From an uncultured bacterium (GTDB taxonomy: Bacteria > Patescibacteriota > Patescibacteriia > Magasanikbacterales > UBA922), in contig CALMAY010000037.1 in NCBI GenBank assembly GCA_937861125.1, positions 68,941-132,940 on the forward strand: a stretch of DNA of 64,000 bases. The letters run 5' to 3'. The notes below the pieces were generated by a model, which had not been told where the DNA came from, searched no databases, and was given only the letters and a program-made list of their open reading frames with translations. Below are positions 28,801-35,737 of this stretch, piece after piece; the stretch's first letter is position 1; every line of letters begins with the position of its first letter. The position numbers and the translations under genes are program-made.

Positions 28801-29190
28801 TCCATAACCGTCTGTTAACCCATACTCAAATGAACACGATGAGACACTCACGTTATCGCTCGCACTCCAAGAAACACTCGATGTAGTAACACCGACAACT
28901 TCCACCACATTTGAGATAGATGGATTGGTGGTATCCCCGCCTCCACCACCACAAGTGCGTGTCGTACATGACAAACTACATGTTGCTGGACAACTACTTC
29001 CATTGCTTCCACCATTGTCACAGGCTTCGACACCTTCCTCTATACCATTGCCACACACCGCACCAGTCCCAACTATTGCCTCAATCGTCACATCAGTTGA
29101 TGTTGTATCAGCAGAAACAAAAGAGACAAAGCCAACAAATACAGAGACAATGAGAAAGAAAAAGGATGTACCAAATAGAATACGTTTCAT
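25831..29190 (-). CDS. 1119-aa multidomain membrane-anchored surface protein
   Basis: Signal peptide (MKRILFG...), then CGNG..E.CD cysteine-rich repeats. These are followed by FN3-like modules, DxDGD metal-binding-like repeats, and three carboxypeptidase-regulatory-like domains (DAKGRY/DSKGRY) interleaved with TM helices. The start ATG overlaps the upstream stop (ATGA). Confidence 0.8.
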   Translation of the reverse strand: MKRILFGTSFFFLIVSVFVGFVSFVSADTTSTDVTIEAIVGTGAVCGNGIEEGVEACDNGGSNGSSCPATCSLSCTTRTCGGGGGDTTNPSISNVVEVVGVTTSSVSWSASDNVSVSSCSFEYGLTDGYGTSGTVVGTYTVSLAGLSASTEYFYHISCSDTSGNSDSETGSFVTISESSSVTVTLISTSTTQTSAQIVWDASTTIPKSIVSCTLGYGVGNYISIGVVSGSYQSTLSGLTPNMAYQCRITCIDSNNEIGTAECPFITLSDSTPPPDVSSFTANGVVAANNLSWQYSESVSDFAYYRIEWSLGSCPARGAGALLQNIASVAQLSIQHAGLTNSTTYYYRLSVYDTSGNASAGVCANATPSGVVETSVCGNNIVESGEQCDGTNLNGATCVSRGYDGGSLSCSNSCTFNVSSCTNALATCGNSIVNVGETCDDGNNNQNDSCTNLCQAAICGDNVIRSGVEQCDGSDLGGASCVSRGYAGGSLSCGGACIFDVSGCTGVPPNGVEQCTNGVDDDGDSLIDCSDPDCAGEPACRGVFACSDGADNDGDGLVDLQDPGCSSATDNDEYNSPNVTVTDHVTTTRYWIAERTIEVVPTQGVVKSLTGDQLTVGISEGSLHHITPSTTLVLVLRGQRYALTREADGMYRSDVLFPPVGRYDATIEIFYAEGLVDVVPFQVESAPFGIISDTERVRLADANVSLYAGDTVFDITSFRQSNPFRTDSSGTYGFVVPNGVYTLVVDKGGYAQRKTFSFQVTDHVINRSLELLALPETPVETIGFVLNTALQGARDVLEKKDDPRVEEAVQTVVAPTFVGVSAATLIPSLFSILLPLLRFLFLQPLYLVGKRKRQAWGVVYNSLNKLPIDLATIRLIDKTTGRVVQSRVTDAKGRYLFMVEPGQYLIEVFKQGYVFPTHLLSSVKEDGSFLDIYHGESIRVDEKDTQITPNIPVDPVDAKEKTIKRIVLEKWLRRLQHTVAIVSIVGAVISVYITPSVLTVVFLVIHTVLFVLFLRYVWPKKPKGWGLVYEHGTAQPVGRAVARLFSKQFDKLVATQVTDSKGRYSFLVGPNDYYVTFEKEGYVPEKTDSVVVKEENGLVVKDVGLKKGEAPSDVSPTKLS

Positions 29191-30101
29191 ACAGCACGAG
29201 CACGGCGGTGCATTATACCAAAAAATCCAACCAAGATAAGAATAAGTACCATCACACCAACCCACGCAACTGGTGGCATAAACCAAAACGTAGTACCGCC
29301 ATATACCATTTGTTTTTCAATTCCATATTGTATGACGACTGTCGCACTAAGTGGTCCGATTGCACGCCAAGAGAGATCATTGATTGAAAGTGAATCATTT
29401 TTTTTCATCCCAGCATAGACACGACTCATACCCTCACCCAGTGGTGCTCGATATACCACACGATCACTCATGGTAGTAATAATCAACTCACCGACATATG
29501 GTGAAACCACTGTCCCCGCATTGTACAATCCAACATCAATAGTAGGTGCGTCAAAAGAAAAAAATGATGACGGGGTCATATACTCAATCTGCAAATCCTC
29601 TGTCACTACACCACCCACAGTGAGAAATACCAATGTTCCCACTCGCGCACCCAGACCCACATTACCCTCAGATTGATTCACCTCTTGTGCAAAAACACCC
29701 ACATAATATGTCTGAGGTGCTTCACCATTCGGAACACGAACTGTCGCGACTACCTCTCGTCGTTGTCCTGGTACCAACGTAAACGTGTCACCAGACACAA
29801 ATGACACCCATCGCGTTGCTGGTGTTATTTGCCCAAACACAGGACGACTGGTCACTGCATCGACTACAAATCCATCCACGTTCATACGATACGTCTTTTC
29901 CTGATCAGTATCGTTGGTTACCGTAAACGCAACATCCTGCGACATACCCGGATCTACTACAATAGTATGCTTGAGTGGTGAAATAGCAATAGCGTGTACA
30001 AATAATGCGGAATGTAAAATGCAAAATGCAGAAATAAAAAAAGAAGCCAAAAATACTATTTTGGAATTTGGAATTTGGAATTTGGAATTTTCAAACATCA
30101 T
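29187..30101 (-). CDS. Secreted Ig-like protein with a C-terminal TM anchor (CscA/DUF916-DUF3324-like architecture)
   Basis: Signal peptide, a roughly 240-aa beta-rich ectodomain, and a single C-terminal TM with a basic tail (HRRARAV). The family assignment rests on architecture only. Confidence 0.65.
   Translation of the reverse strand: MMFENSKFQIPNSKIVFLASFFISAFCILHSALFVHAIAISPLKHTIVVDPGMSQDVAFTVTNDTDQEKTYRMNVDGFVVDAVTSRPVFGQITPATRWVSFVSGDTFTLVPGQRREVVATVRVPNGEAPQTYYVGVFAQEVNQSEGNVGLGARVGTLVFLTVGGVVTEDLQIEYMTPSSFFSFDAPTIDVGLYNAGTVVSPYVGELIITTMSDRVVYRAPLGEGMSRVYAGMKKNDSLSINDLSWRAIGPLSATVVIQYGIEKQMVYGGTTFWFMPPVAWVGVMVLILILVGFFGIMHRRARAV
30061..30088. repeat. Perfect heptanucleotide tandem repeat (TTGGAAT)x4
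   Basis: Read directly from the sequence. It lies in codons 5-14 of the 29187..30101 gene, between the ATG and the signal-peptide core. Confidence 0.95.
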
Positions 30102-30742
30102 GGATTTACTGTAGCACTAAATGTAACTGTGTGACTATATGTCCCATCAGGTGTCAAGGAGGAAATACTCGCACGAAATTCTACTCCAACCTGACGCCCA
30201 GTCACTTCACCATTTGCAGATGCAATTTCCAGTGGTGTGGTAGTAATCGCCGTATCTGTCAACACAGTCGCATCACTCCCTAATACACGAAACCCATATT
30301 CTTCAGAACCAGGTGTCACAGCACCATCTCCAACATCATCAATATCATTCAATCCACTTTCCAAATTACCATCGTCAGAAATAAACAATGTATACCCCGT
30401 CTCTGAGTCAGTACTAATCGTCGTCGTCACATAGATCTGTGCTATAGATGAATCGGTAAGACTCCCAAAACTTATATCGTTATCGCTGAGTGAAAATTGC
30501 AATACCCCTTTCTCTTCTGCCTGAAATCCACCACGAAGTGCATAGGTACCACCACCACTCGTCGCAGCTTGAAATGCTTCACCACTCCCATAGAGAGTGA
30601 AGTCACCCCCAGTTGATCCAGAGGAATCCAGAAAACCGACACTATCAGCATAAATCTCAAAATCACCACCAGACATAGCTGCATGCAGTGCAAAAGGCAA
30701 AATAACACCAAAACCTAAGATAAATGCGAAGGAGAATTTCAT
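30098..30742 (-). CDS. 214-aa secreted beta-rich protein (WxL-like topology without Trp)
   Basis: Signal peptide MKFSFAFILGFGVILPFALHA and a C-terminus ...DGTYSHTVTFSATVNP. Its stop overlaps the next start (ATGA). Confidence 0.65.
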   Translation of the reverse strand: MKFSFAFILGFGVILPFALHAAMSGGDFEIYADSVGFLDSSGSTGGDFTLYGSGEAFQAATSGGGTYALRGGFQAEEKGVLQFSLSDNDISFGSLTDSSIAQIYVTTTISTDSETGYTLFISDDGNLESGLNDIDDVGDGAVTPGSEEYGFRVLGSDATVLTDTAITTTPLEIASANGEVTGRQVGVEFRASISSLTPDGTYSHTVTFSATVNP

Positions 30743-30750
30743 ATAGACCC

Positions 30751-30759
30751 ATTATAACA
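30751..30759 (-). promoter_or_regulatory. Extended -10 (TGTTATAAT) 8 nt upstream of ATG 30742
   Basis: The minus strand reads TGTGTTATAATgggtctatATG, implying a leaderless or near-leaderless mRNA. Confidence 0.5.
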
Positions 30760-30912
30760 CATTTTAAGCGTTTTTTATACAACAGGTAGTATATTCTATC
30801 ATCTTGTGGATAAAATAAGGTTATTTTTATAGATTATATTGTACGACATTGATAAATATCTTATTATATTGTTTAATTATGTAAGCTATTAAAATTTAGT
30901 GTGGAAATACTA

Positions 30913-31090
30913 CAAAATGTTTCACGACAAACAATTTTTAGATTAAAAAATTAAGATTGAAAATGAGATTAAGATTACCAATAATACAAAGAACATCTTT
31001 AAATAAGGTTTTCTAAAAACTCGCACTTTGTTTGTCGTGAAACATTGTAAAATCTTTTTTAATCTTAATCTCATTCTTAATCTTTTACTC
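30913..31090. repeat. Interleaved inverted repeats (X-U ... X'-U')
   Basis: A 19-nt perfect inverted repeat, AATGTTTCACGACAAACAA (30916-30934), pairs with its complement at 31028-31046. In addition an AGATTAAG-type unit at 30936-30978 pairs with its inverse at 31050-31088. Confidence 0.75.
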
Positions 31091-31171
31091 TTACACATAC
31101 ACTTCCACCCATTACTCACTCTAAACTAAAACCAAACACTTTTCTCTCCGTTCACCAATGTTTCACATGAA

Positions 31172-31208
31172 ACAAAAAACACCTTGCGACAAGCAAAAGG
31201 CGTTTTTG
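31172..31208 (-). terminator. Terminator after tRNA-Ala(CGC)
   Basis: Minus strand: ACGCCTT-ttgcttgtcgc-AAGGTGT followed by T6. Confidence 0.6.
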
Positions 31209-31241
31209 TGTTTAAATGTATACACTAGTGTGTACATTTTG

Positions 31242-31314
31242 TGGACCCAAGCGGAATCGAACCGCCCACCTCAGCAATGCGAATGCTGCGCTCTACCAAA
31301 TGAGCTATAGGCCC
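31242..31314 (-). tRNA. tRNA-Ala (anticodon CGC)
   Basis: Acceptor is GGGCCTA/TGGGTCC with G3:U70. Anticodon arm is CAGCA-TTCGCAT-TGCTG. Confidence 0.9.
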
Positions 31315-31380
31315 ATTTTTAGACGATCTGCATACTGTCTGTTTGTTTCACATGAAACATGTGCCCCTGGCACGAATCCC

Positions 31381-31406
31381 ACCCTGCGGGTGGTGACCCG
31401 CAGGGT
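31381..31406 (-). other. GC-rich 11-bp hairpin in the tRNA-Arg/tRNA-Ala spacer
   Basis: ACCCTGCGGGT-ggtg-ACCCGCAGGGT is a perfect inverted repeat. Confidence 0.6.
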
Positions 31407-31422
31407 CAGAACCATCACTACG

Positions 31423-31494
31423 TGCCCTCGAAGGGAATTGAACCCCTATCTCATCCTTAGGACGGATTTGCTCTATCCGTTGAGCTACAAGGGC
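31423..31494 (-). tRNA. tRNA-Arg (anticodon CCU)
   Basis: Acceptor is GCCCTTG/CGAGGGC. Anticodon loop is GTCCTAA with U33 and A37. T-arm is AGGGG-TTCAATT-CCCTT. Confidence 0.85.
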
Positions 31495-31507
31495 GTAAGG
31501 TACCTGC

Positions 31508-31536
31508 AGTGTAGAGGAACAAAACAAAATCGTCAA
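31508..31536 (-). promoter_or_regulatory. Promoter of the tRNA-Arg/Ala operon
   Basis: Minus strand: TTGACG, 17-nt spacer, TACACT, about 13 nt upstream of the tRNA-Arg 5' end. Confidence 0.6.
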
Positions 31537-31975
31537 GCGATAGATGATTGCACCACGTACACACAATGCATATACGTTCAATACGGATAGAGCGATATAC
31601 AGATACACCACTATTTGATACGCGACACCATACCCTGATACTAAAGAAAACTTACAGGTAGTATACCACACCAATGCTGATGATTATGTATTTTGATATA
31701 CACACAACAACATAAAAGAATACGCACATTAGGCAAAAATTGATCGATCTCACACAACAAATAGGTGAGAAGAGTGCTACTAAGAATAGTATAGGCCAGT
31801 ACGCATATTTTTATCAACCCCACACCAATAGATACAAATTAAATTGTACGACACGTATTTCTATTTTAATTAATTATATTTTTATATATAAATACTTATA
31901 TGCCTATCATAAAACCACCGCAATACTACTGTTCTGCTTTTCATAACACCAAATGTGGTATACAATAGACGCACT

Positions 31976-33286
31976 ATGGAAGGTAGACGTAACATATCTA
32001 GAAGAGAATTTTTACTCGGCACCCTAGGAGCCACTGGCTTAGCTGCAGGCGGAGCTATTTTGTGGAACTCACAAAAAGAATCTCGTCAAGCCAGTACAGA
32101 TGTAATGGACGTGATACAACGGATCCCTGAAGCAGTGCGCGAAACAGTGAGAGAACAACCCATAGACACACTCATCGCACAAGTGCAAACAGAGTATAAA
32201 AATCTATCTAACTCACTACGGGATATTTTTGATAACCCTATATATAACGAAGATCCACGTATCTTGGAAATACTGCGACGCGGTACTCTAGAACAACTGC
32301 GCGATAGCGGACTATTCCACAGTATGGATACACCGCTTCGAAGAAACTTTCTCAATCCACATGAATCATTAGTACCGTTTCAACCAAGCATGTGGGAACA
32401 AAAATGCGAGCAGGCACAAGAGGGGAGCAGACGATCCACTCAATATGATGTGTGCGAAGCAGCACGACGCAATACATCCTATGATACATTTCCTGAGCAA
32501 CCGATCACATCACAACAATTCATCGAGACAATTCGTGTTGGCCTCGAATCTGCTCGAGCCACCTATCCAGACCGACCAATGACTGGTAAACTAGCACAAG
32601 CACTCACTGCTGAAACACTTCTTGCTATTACCACCCAAGAGCTTATGCCTGAATCAGGCAACCCAATGGGTCGTATTGCTATGTACCGTGCATTATTAGA
32701 TGCAGGTTTTGAACCAAACAGAATTCCTGCAGTGCACGACAGTCTTCTCTCATTTGGTCTATTCCAGATGACACAAATGACCTATGAAAATGGATATCAC
32801 GGAATCGACGATACTCTTGACCTGTCCACACGAAGTGGTGGATCAATTGGGTATCTCATTGATGATGCACAGCTACCCACACGATTACACGAATGTGTGA
32901 CACTCGATAACCAAGTACTTGCTGGAGCACTGCTTCAATTTGAAAACATATATACCTACATCGCACCTGTATTTACCGACAACCCAGCACTCGTGACGTA
33001 TTGGGACACCTTAAGTGATAAAGATAGACGCAAAGCACTTGTAGCATTTCTTGGTGCTACACATCATAATCCAAGCCGAGCAGCTCAAGCACTCCGGTTA
33101 CTAAGTCGACAAATAATACGTGGATCAACCGCTGCCTCACTACATGATCTTTTTATCTCCACACTAGGCCAACGTCCAAATGATGAATCAGATGATAGAT
33201 ATGATGCGAGACTAGAAACAGTTGAACACGCTACCAACACATCAACACTTATCTCGTACTGGCACAAATACTTATCTAATGAGTAA
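31976..33286 (+). CDS. Secreted protein with twin-arginine signal; possible lytic-transglycosylase-like domain
   Basis: The N-terminus MEGRRNISRREFLLGTLGATGLAAGG matches S-R-R-x-F-L. Later motifs PESGNP ... SFGLFQMTQMTY resemble the SLT catalytic Glu and GLMQ motifs, but weakly. Confidence 0.6.
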   Translation: MEGRRNISRREFLLGTLGATGLAAGGAILWNSQKESRQASTDVMDVIQRIPEAVRETVREQPIDTLIAQVQTEYKNLSNSLRDIFDNPIYNEDPRILEILRRGTLEQLRDSGLFHSMDTPLRRNFLNPHESLVPFQPSMWEQKCEQAQEGSRRSTQYDVCEAARRNTSYDTFPEQPITSQQFIETIRVGLESARATYPDRPMTGKLAQALTAETLLAITTQELMPESGNPMGRIAMYRALLDAGFEPNRIPAVHDSLLSFGLFQMTQMTYENGYHGIDDTLDLSTRSGGSIGYLIDDAQLPTRLHECVTLDNQVLAGALLQFENIYTYIAPVFTDNPALVTYWDTLSDKDRRKALVAFLGATHHNPSRAAQALRLLSRQIIRGSTAASLHDLFISTLGQRPNDESDDRYDARLETVEHATNTSTLISYWHKYLSNE

Positions 33287-33292
33287 TACTTT

Positions 33293-34438
33293 ATGGAAAT
33301 CATCCTCATCATTCTCGTCATCCTCCTCCTCGCCACACTCGGCGGTGTCTTTGTCCTATACAAAAAACTCTCAGAATCCCAAAAGCCAAACGAGGGAGAT
33401 GCAAACCTCTTTCTCATGCTCCAAAACCAAATTCAGGAGCAATCACGTGCCGTGTCGGATCTCATGAAAACAGTTGACACAAAAATCGCTGACACACACA
33501 AACTAATGAACAGCTCACAAATCGATGTCCAAAAAATGATTGCCAATACTCAAGACAATCTTCATCAAACAATCCAACAACAATTCGGCCAGAGCGCGCG
33601 CATTATTTCAGAAGTGACGGAAAAATTGACGAAACTTGATGAAACCAATAAACAGGTGGTTGGTTTTGCGGATCAGCTGCAAAGCCTACAAGATGTGCTC
33701 AAAAATCCAAAACAACGCGGTGTGCTGGGCGAGTACTATCTTGAAAATGTTCTCAAAAATGTCCTTCCGCCAAATGCATACAAAATGCAATACAAATTCC
33801 TCAACGGAGAAATAGTGGACGCAGCAGTGTTTATCAAAGATAAAATTATTCCCATTGATAGTAAATTTTCACTGGAAAATTACAATCGCATTTTGGAAGA
33901 ACGTGATCCAGCAAAAAAAGAAGAATACGAAAAGACATTTAAATCGGATCTCAAAAATCGTATTGATGAAACAAGTAAGTATATCCGGCCAAACGAGGGA
34001 ACAATGGATTTCTCATTTATGTTTATTCCGTCTGAAGGAATTTATTATGACCTCCTCATCAATCGCCAAAATGCAGCGGGAGTAAACACAGGAGACCTCA
34101 TTGAATACGCATTCAAACAAAAACATGTCATCATCGTCTCACCAACCAGCTTCTTTGCCTATCTCCAAACAGTCATGCAGGGACTCCGTGCGCTGCAAAT
34201 AGAAGAGAGTGCCAAAGAAATTCGCACACAAGTAGAACAACTCGGAAAACATTTGCTCAGTTATGAAGAGTATCTCAAAAAACTCGGTAACAATCTGGGC
34301 ACTACGGTGAACATGTACAACAGTGCCTACAAAGAATTTGCCAAAATTGAAAAAGATGTGGTAAAAATTGCTGGGGGAGAAAAAATGGTAGAACCACTCC
34401 TCATTGAAAAACCAAAAGGACAGGAAGAATTACTCTAA
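33293..34438 (+). CDS. rmuC: DNA recombination protein RmuC
   Basis: N-terminal TM, coiled coil, and the RmuC nuclease-like core (QRGVLGEYYLENVL ... IPIDSKFSLENY ... FMFIPSEG). Confidence 0.85.
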   Translation: MEIILIILVILLLATLGGVFVLYKKLSESQKPNEGDANLFLMLQNQIQEQSRAVSDLMKTVDTKIADTHKLMNSSQIDVQKMIANTQDNLHQTIQQQFGQSARIISEVTEKLTKLDETNKQVVGFADQLQSLQDVLKNPKQRGVLGEYYLENVLKNVLPPNAYKMQYKFLNGEIVDAAVFIKDKIIPIDSKFSLENYNRILEERDPAKKEEYEKTFKSDLKNRIDETSKYIRPNEGTMDFSFMFIPSEGIYYDLLINRQNAAGVNTGDLIEYAFKQKHVIIVSPTSFFAYLQTVMQGLRALQIEESAKEIRTQVEQLGKHLLSYEEYLKKLGNNLGTTVNMYNSAYKEFAKIEKDVVKIAGGEKMVEPLLIEKPKGQEELL

Positions 34439-34439
34439 T

Positions 34440-35708
34440 ATGTCAAAAAATACCATCATCATCGGCGCCGGCCTTGCAGGGCTCGCTGCTGGATACACAC
34501 TTACCAAAGCCGGTCACAAAGTAACCATTCTAGAAAAAGAATCCTATCCAGGCGGTCGTGTCCGCAGTCTCCCAATCGACGGACACATGGTCGACTTTGG
34601 CGGTTTTATCATCTATCCATGGTACAAACAGTACCATCGCCTCATCAAAGAACTCGGTTTCAAAGAACAACTGCGAGATATTCCACTCTCCACCGTGTAT
34701 TACGAACTGGAAAAAAATATCTACACCCCTGACGACAAAATTTCTTTTCCGATTGCAGACATGGCCAAACTCTATGCAAAAACATTACCAAAAATGATTC
34801 GCTATCAAATGGATATTGCTCAACCAGCACTTCATATTTTCAAAGATCAATCCATCTCAGAATATATCCGTGACACACTTGAAACAGATCACGCAGGAAT
34901 GTATGAAACGTTTTCTGATGTGGTCTGTCAAGGATACTGCTACGGCCCTGTGACAGAATACAAAATGGCAGTTGTCGCACCAGTGGTACTCAATACCACA
35001 TTTCGTGGCAACCTCAAAGATTCTGTTTATTTTTTTGGCAACAACGGACTCTTTGCACAAGCACTCGCAGACTACATCACATCACATGGTGGCGAGATCA
35101 GATACAATGAAGAGGTGATTGAGCTCAAATCAAATCAAGTAAAGACAAATATACAAATATACACACCGAACTCCATCATCTGTGCAGCTCGCATCAACAA
35201 AACACTCCTGCAAGATATTGCACCGACTATTTATGTTGATTGCCCATATACAACATTTTACAATACAGTCATCAAATGCGACACCATTCCACAAACAAAT
35301 GGAAAAGATACTTGGGGAGCAGTCTTTTACCTCCCAGACACCACCAAACCACTGCAAATTCTCTCATCGGTCAATATACGCGAAATGCTCAGTGGTGAGA
35401 CGAATGGACTCTATATCAATCTCAACATCATTGATCGAACAAATAAAAAAACGCTTTCAAATAAAGAACTACAAAAACAAATACTGGAGGATGTAAAAAG
35501 AATATTTCCAAACGTACAAGATGCAGAAGTGGTTGAGTCAATCCACTGGAGTGAAACCATGCCGATTGCCGAAGAATCATTTATTGAATCGATGCGCGAG
35601 ATACAAGGAAAAGACAATATTTGGTTTGCAGGAGATTACCTTGGATCTCCTTCGATGGAGACAGCATTACAAACCGGAATAGTGGCAGCAAAAAATATAC
35701 TAAAGTAA
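34440..35708 (+). CDS. FAD-dependent oxidoreductase (amine oxidase/protoporphyrinogen-oxidase-like)
   Basis: Rossmann motif IIIGAGLAGLAAG...LEKESYPGGR and C-terminal FAGDY. Confidence 0.75.
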   Translation: MSKNTIIIGAGLAGLAAGYTLTKAGHKVTILEKESYPGGRVRSLPIDGHMVDFGGFIIYPWYKQYHRLIKELGFKEQLRDIPLSTVYYELEKNIYTPDDKISFPIADMAKLYAKTLPKMIRYQMDIAQPALHIFKDQSISEYIRDTLETDHAGMYETFSDVVCQGYCYGPVTEYKMAVVAPVVLNTTFRGNLKDSVYFFGNNGLFAQALADYITSHGGEIRYNEEVIELKSNQVKTNIQIYTPNSIICAARINKTLLQDIAPTIYVDCPYTTFYNTVIKCDTIPQTNGKDTWGAVFYLPDTTKPLQILSSVNIREMLSGETNGLYINLNIIDRTNKKTLSNKELQKQILEDVKRIFPNVQDAEVVESIHWSETMPIAEESFIESMREIQGKDNIWFAGDYLGSPSMETALQTGIVAAKNILK

Positions 35709-35737
35709 AAAATCCAGGCATTATCCTGGATTTTTTA
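35706..35737. terminator. Bidirectional terminator between convergent genes
   Basis: A5, hairpin AATCCAGG-cattat-CCTGGATT, then T6. The lysA-like stop lies in the loop. Confidence 0.8.

Noticed and set aside
30913-31090. CRISPR array or MITE interpretation of the AGATTAAG/ATGTTTCAC repeats.
   Set aside because: The repeats occur as inverted pairs, not as direct repeats with unique spacers, and no cas genes are present. The terminal repeats are interleaved (X-U...X'-U') rather than terminal-inverted, and no target-site duplication was seen.
31315-31422. An extra tRNA or tRNA-like gene between tRNA-Ala and tRNA-Arg.
   Set aside because: I could not build a cloverleaf, because there is no T-loop GTTCRANYC or matching acceptor stems. 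Only a simple 11-bp hairpin and a 16-bp palindrome are present.
30838-31853. 11-nt direct repeat ATTGTACGACA (30838-30848 and 31843-31853) flanking the tRNA/repeat region, considered as possible att sites.
   Set aside because: Hundreds of 11-mer coincidences are expected by chance in a 64-kb window, and the flanking bases do not extend the match.
31500-31955. A 450-nt gene-free AT-rich region with two roughly 60-aa ORFs (31641..31823 minus, 31740..31946 plus), considered as a hidden ncRNA or small proteins.
   Set aside because: I could not identify conserved RNA motifs (RNase P, SRP, 6S, tmRNA signatures absent). The ORFs overlap each other and are Cys/Leu/Ile-rich AT-driven frames. Only the tRNA promoter (31508-31536) and the downstream gene's promoter are supported.
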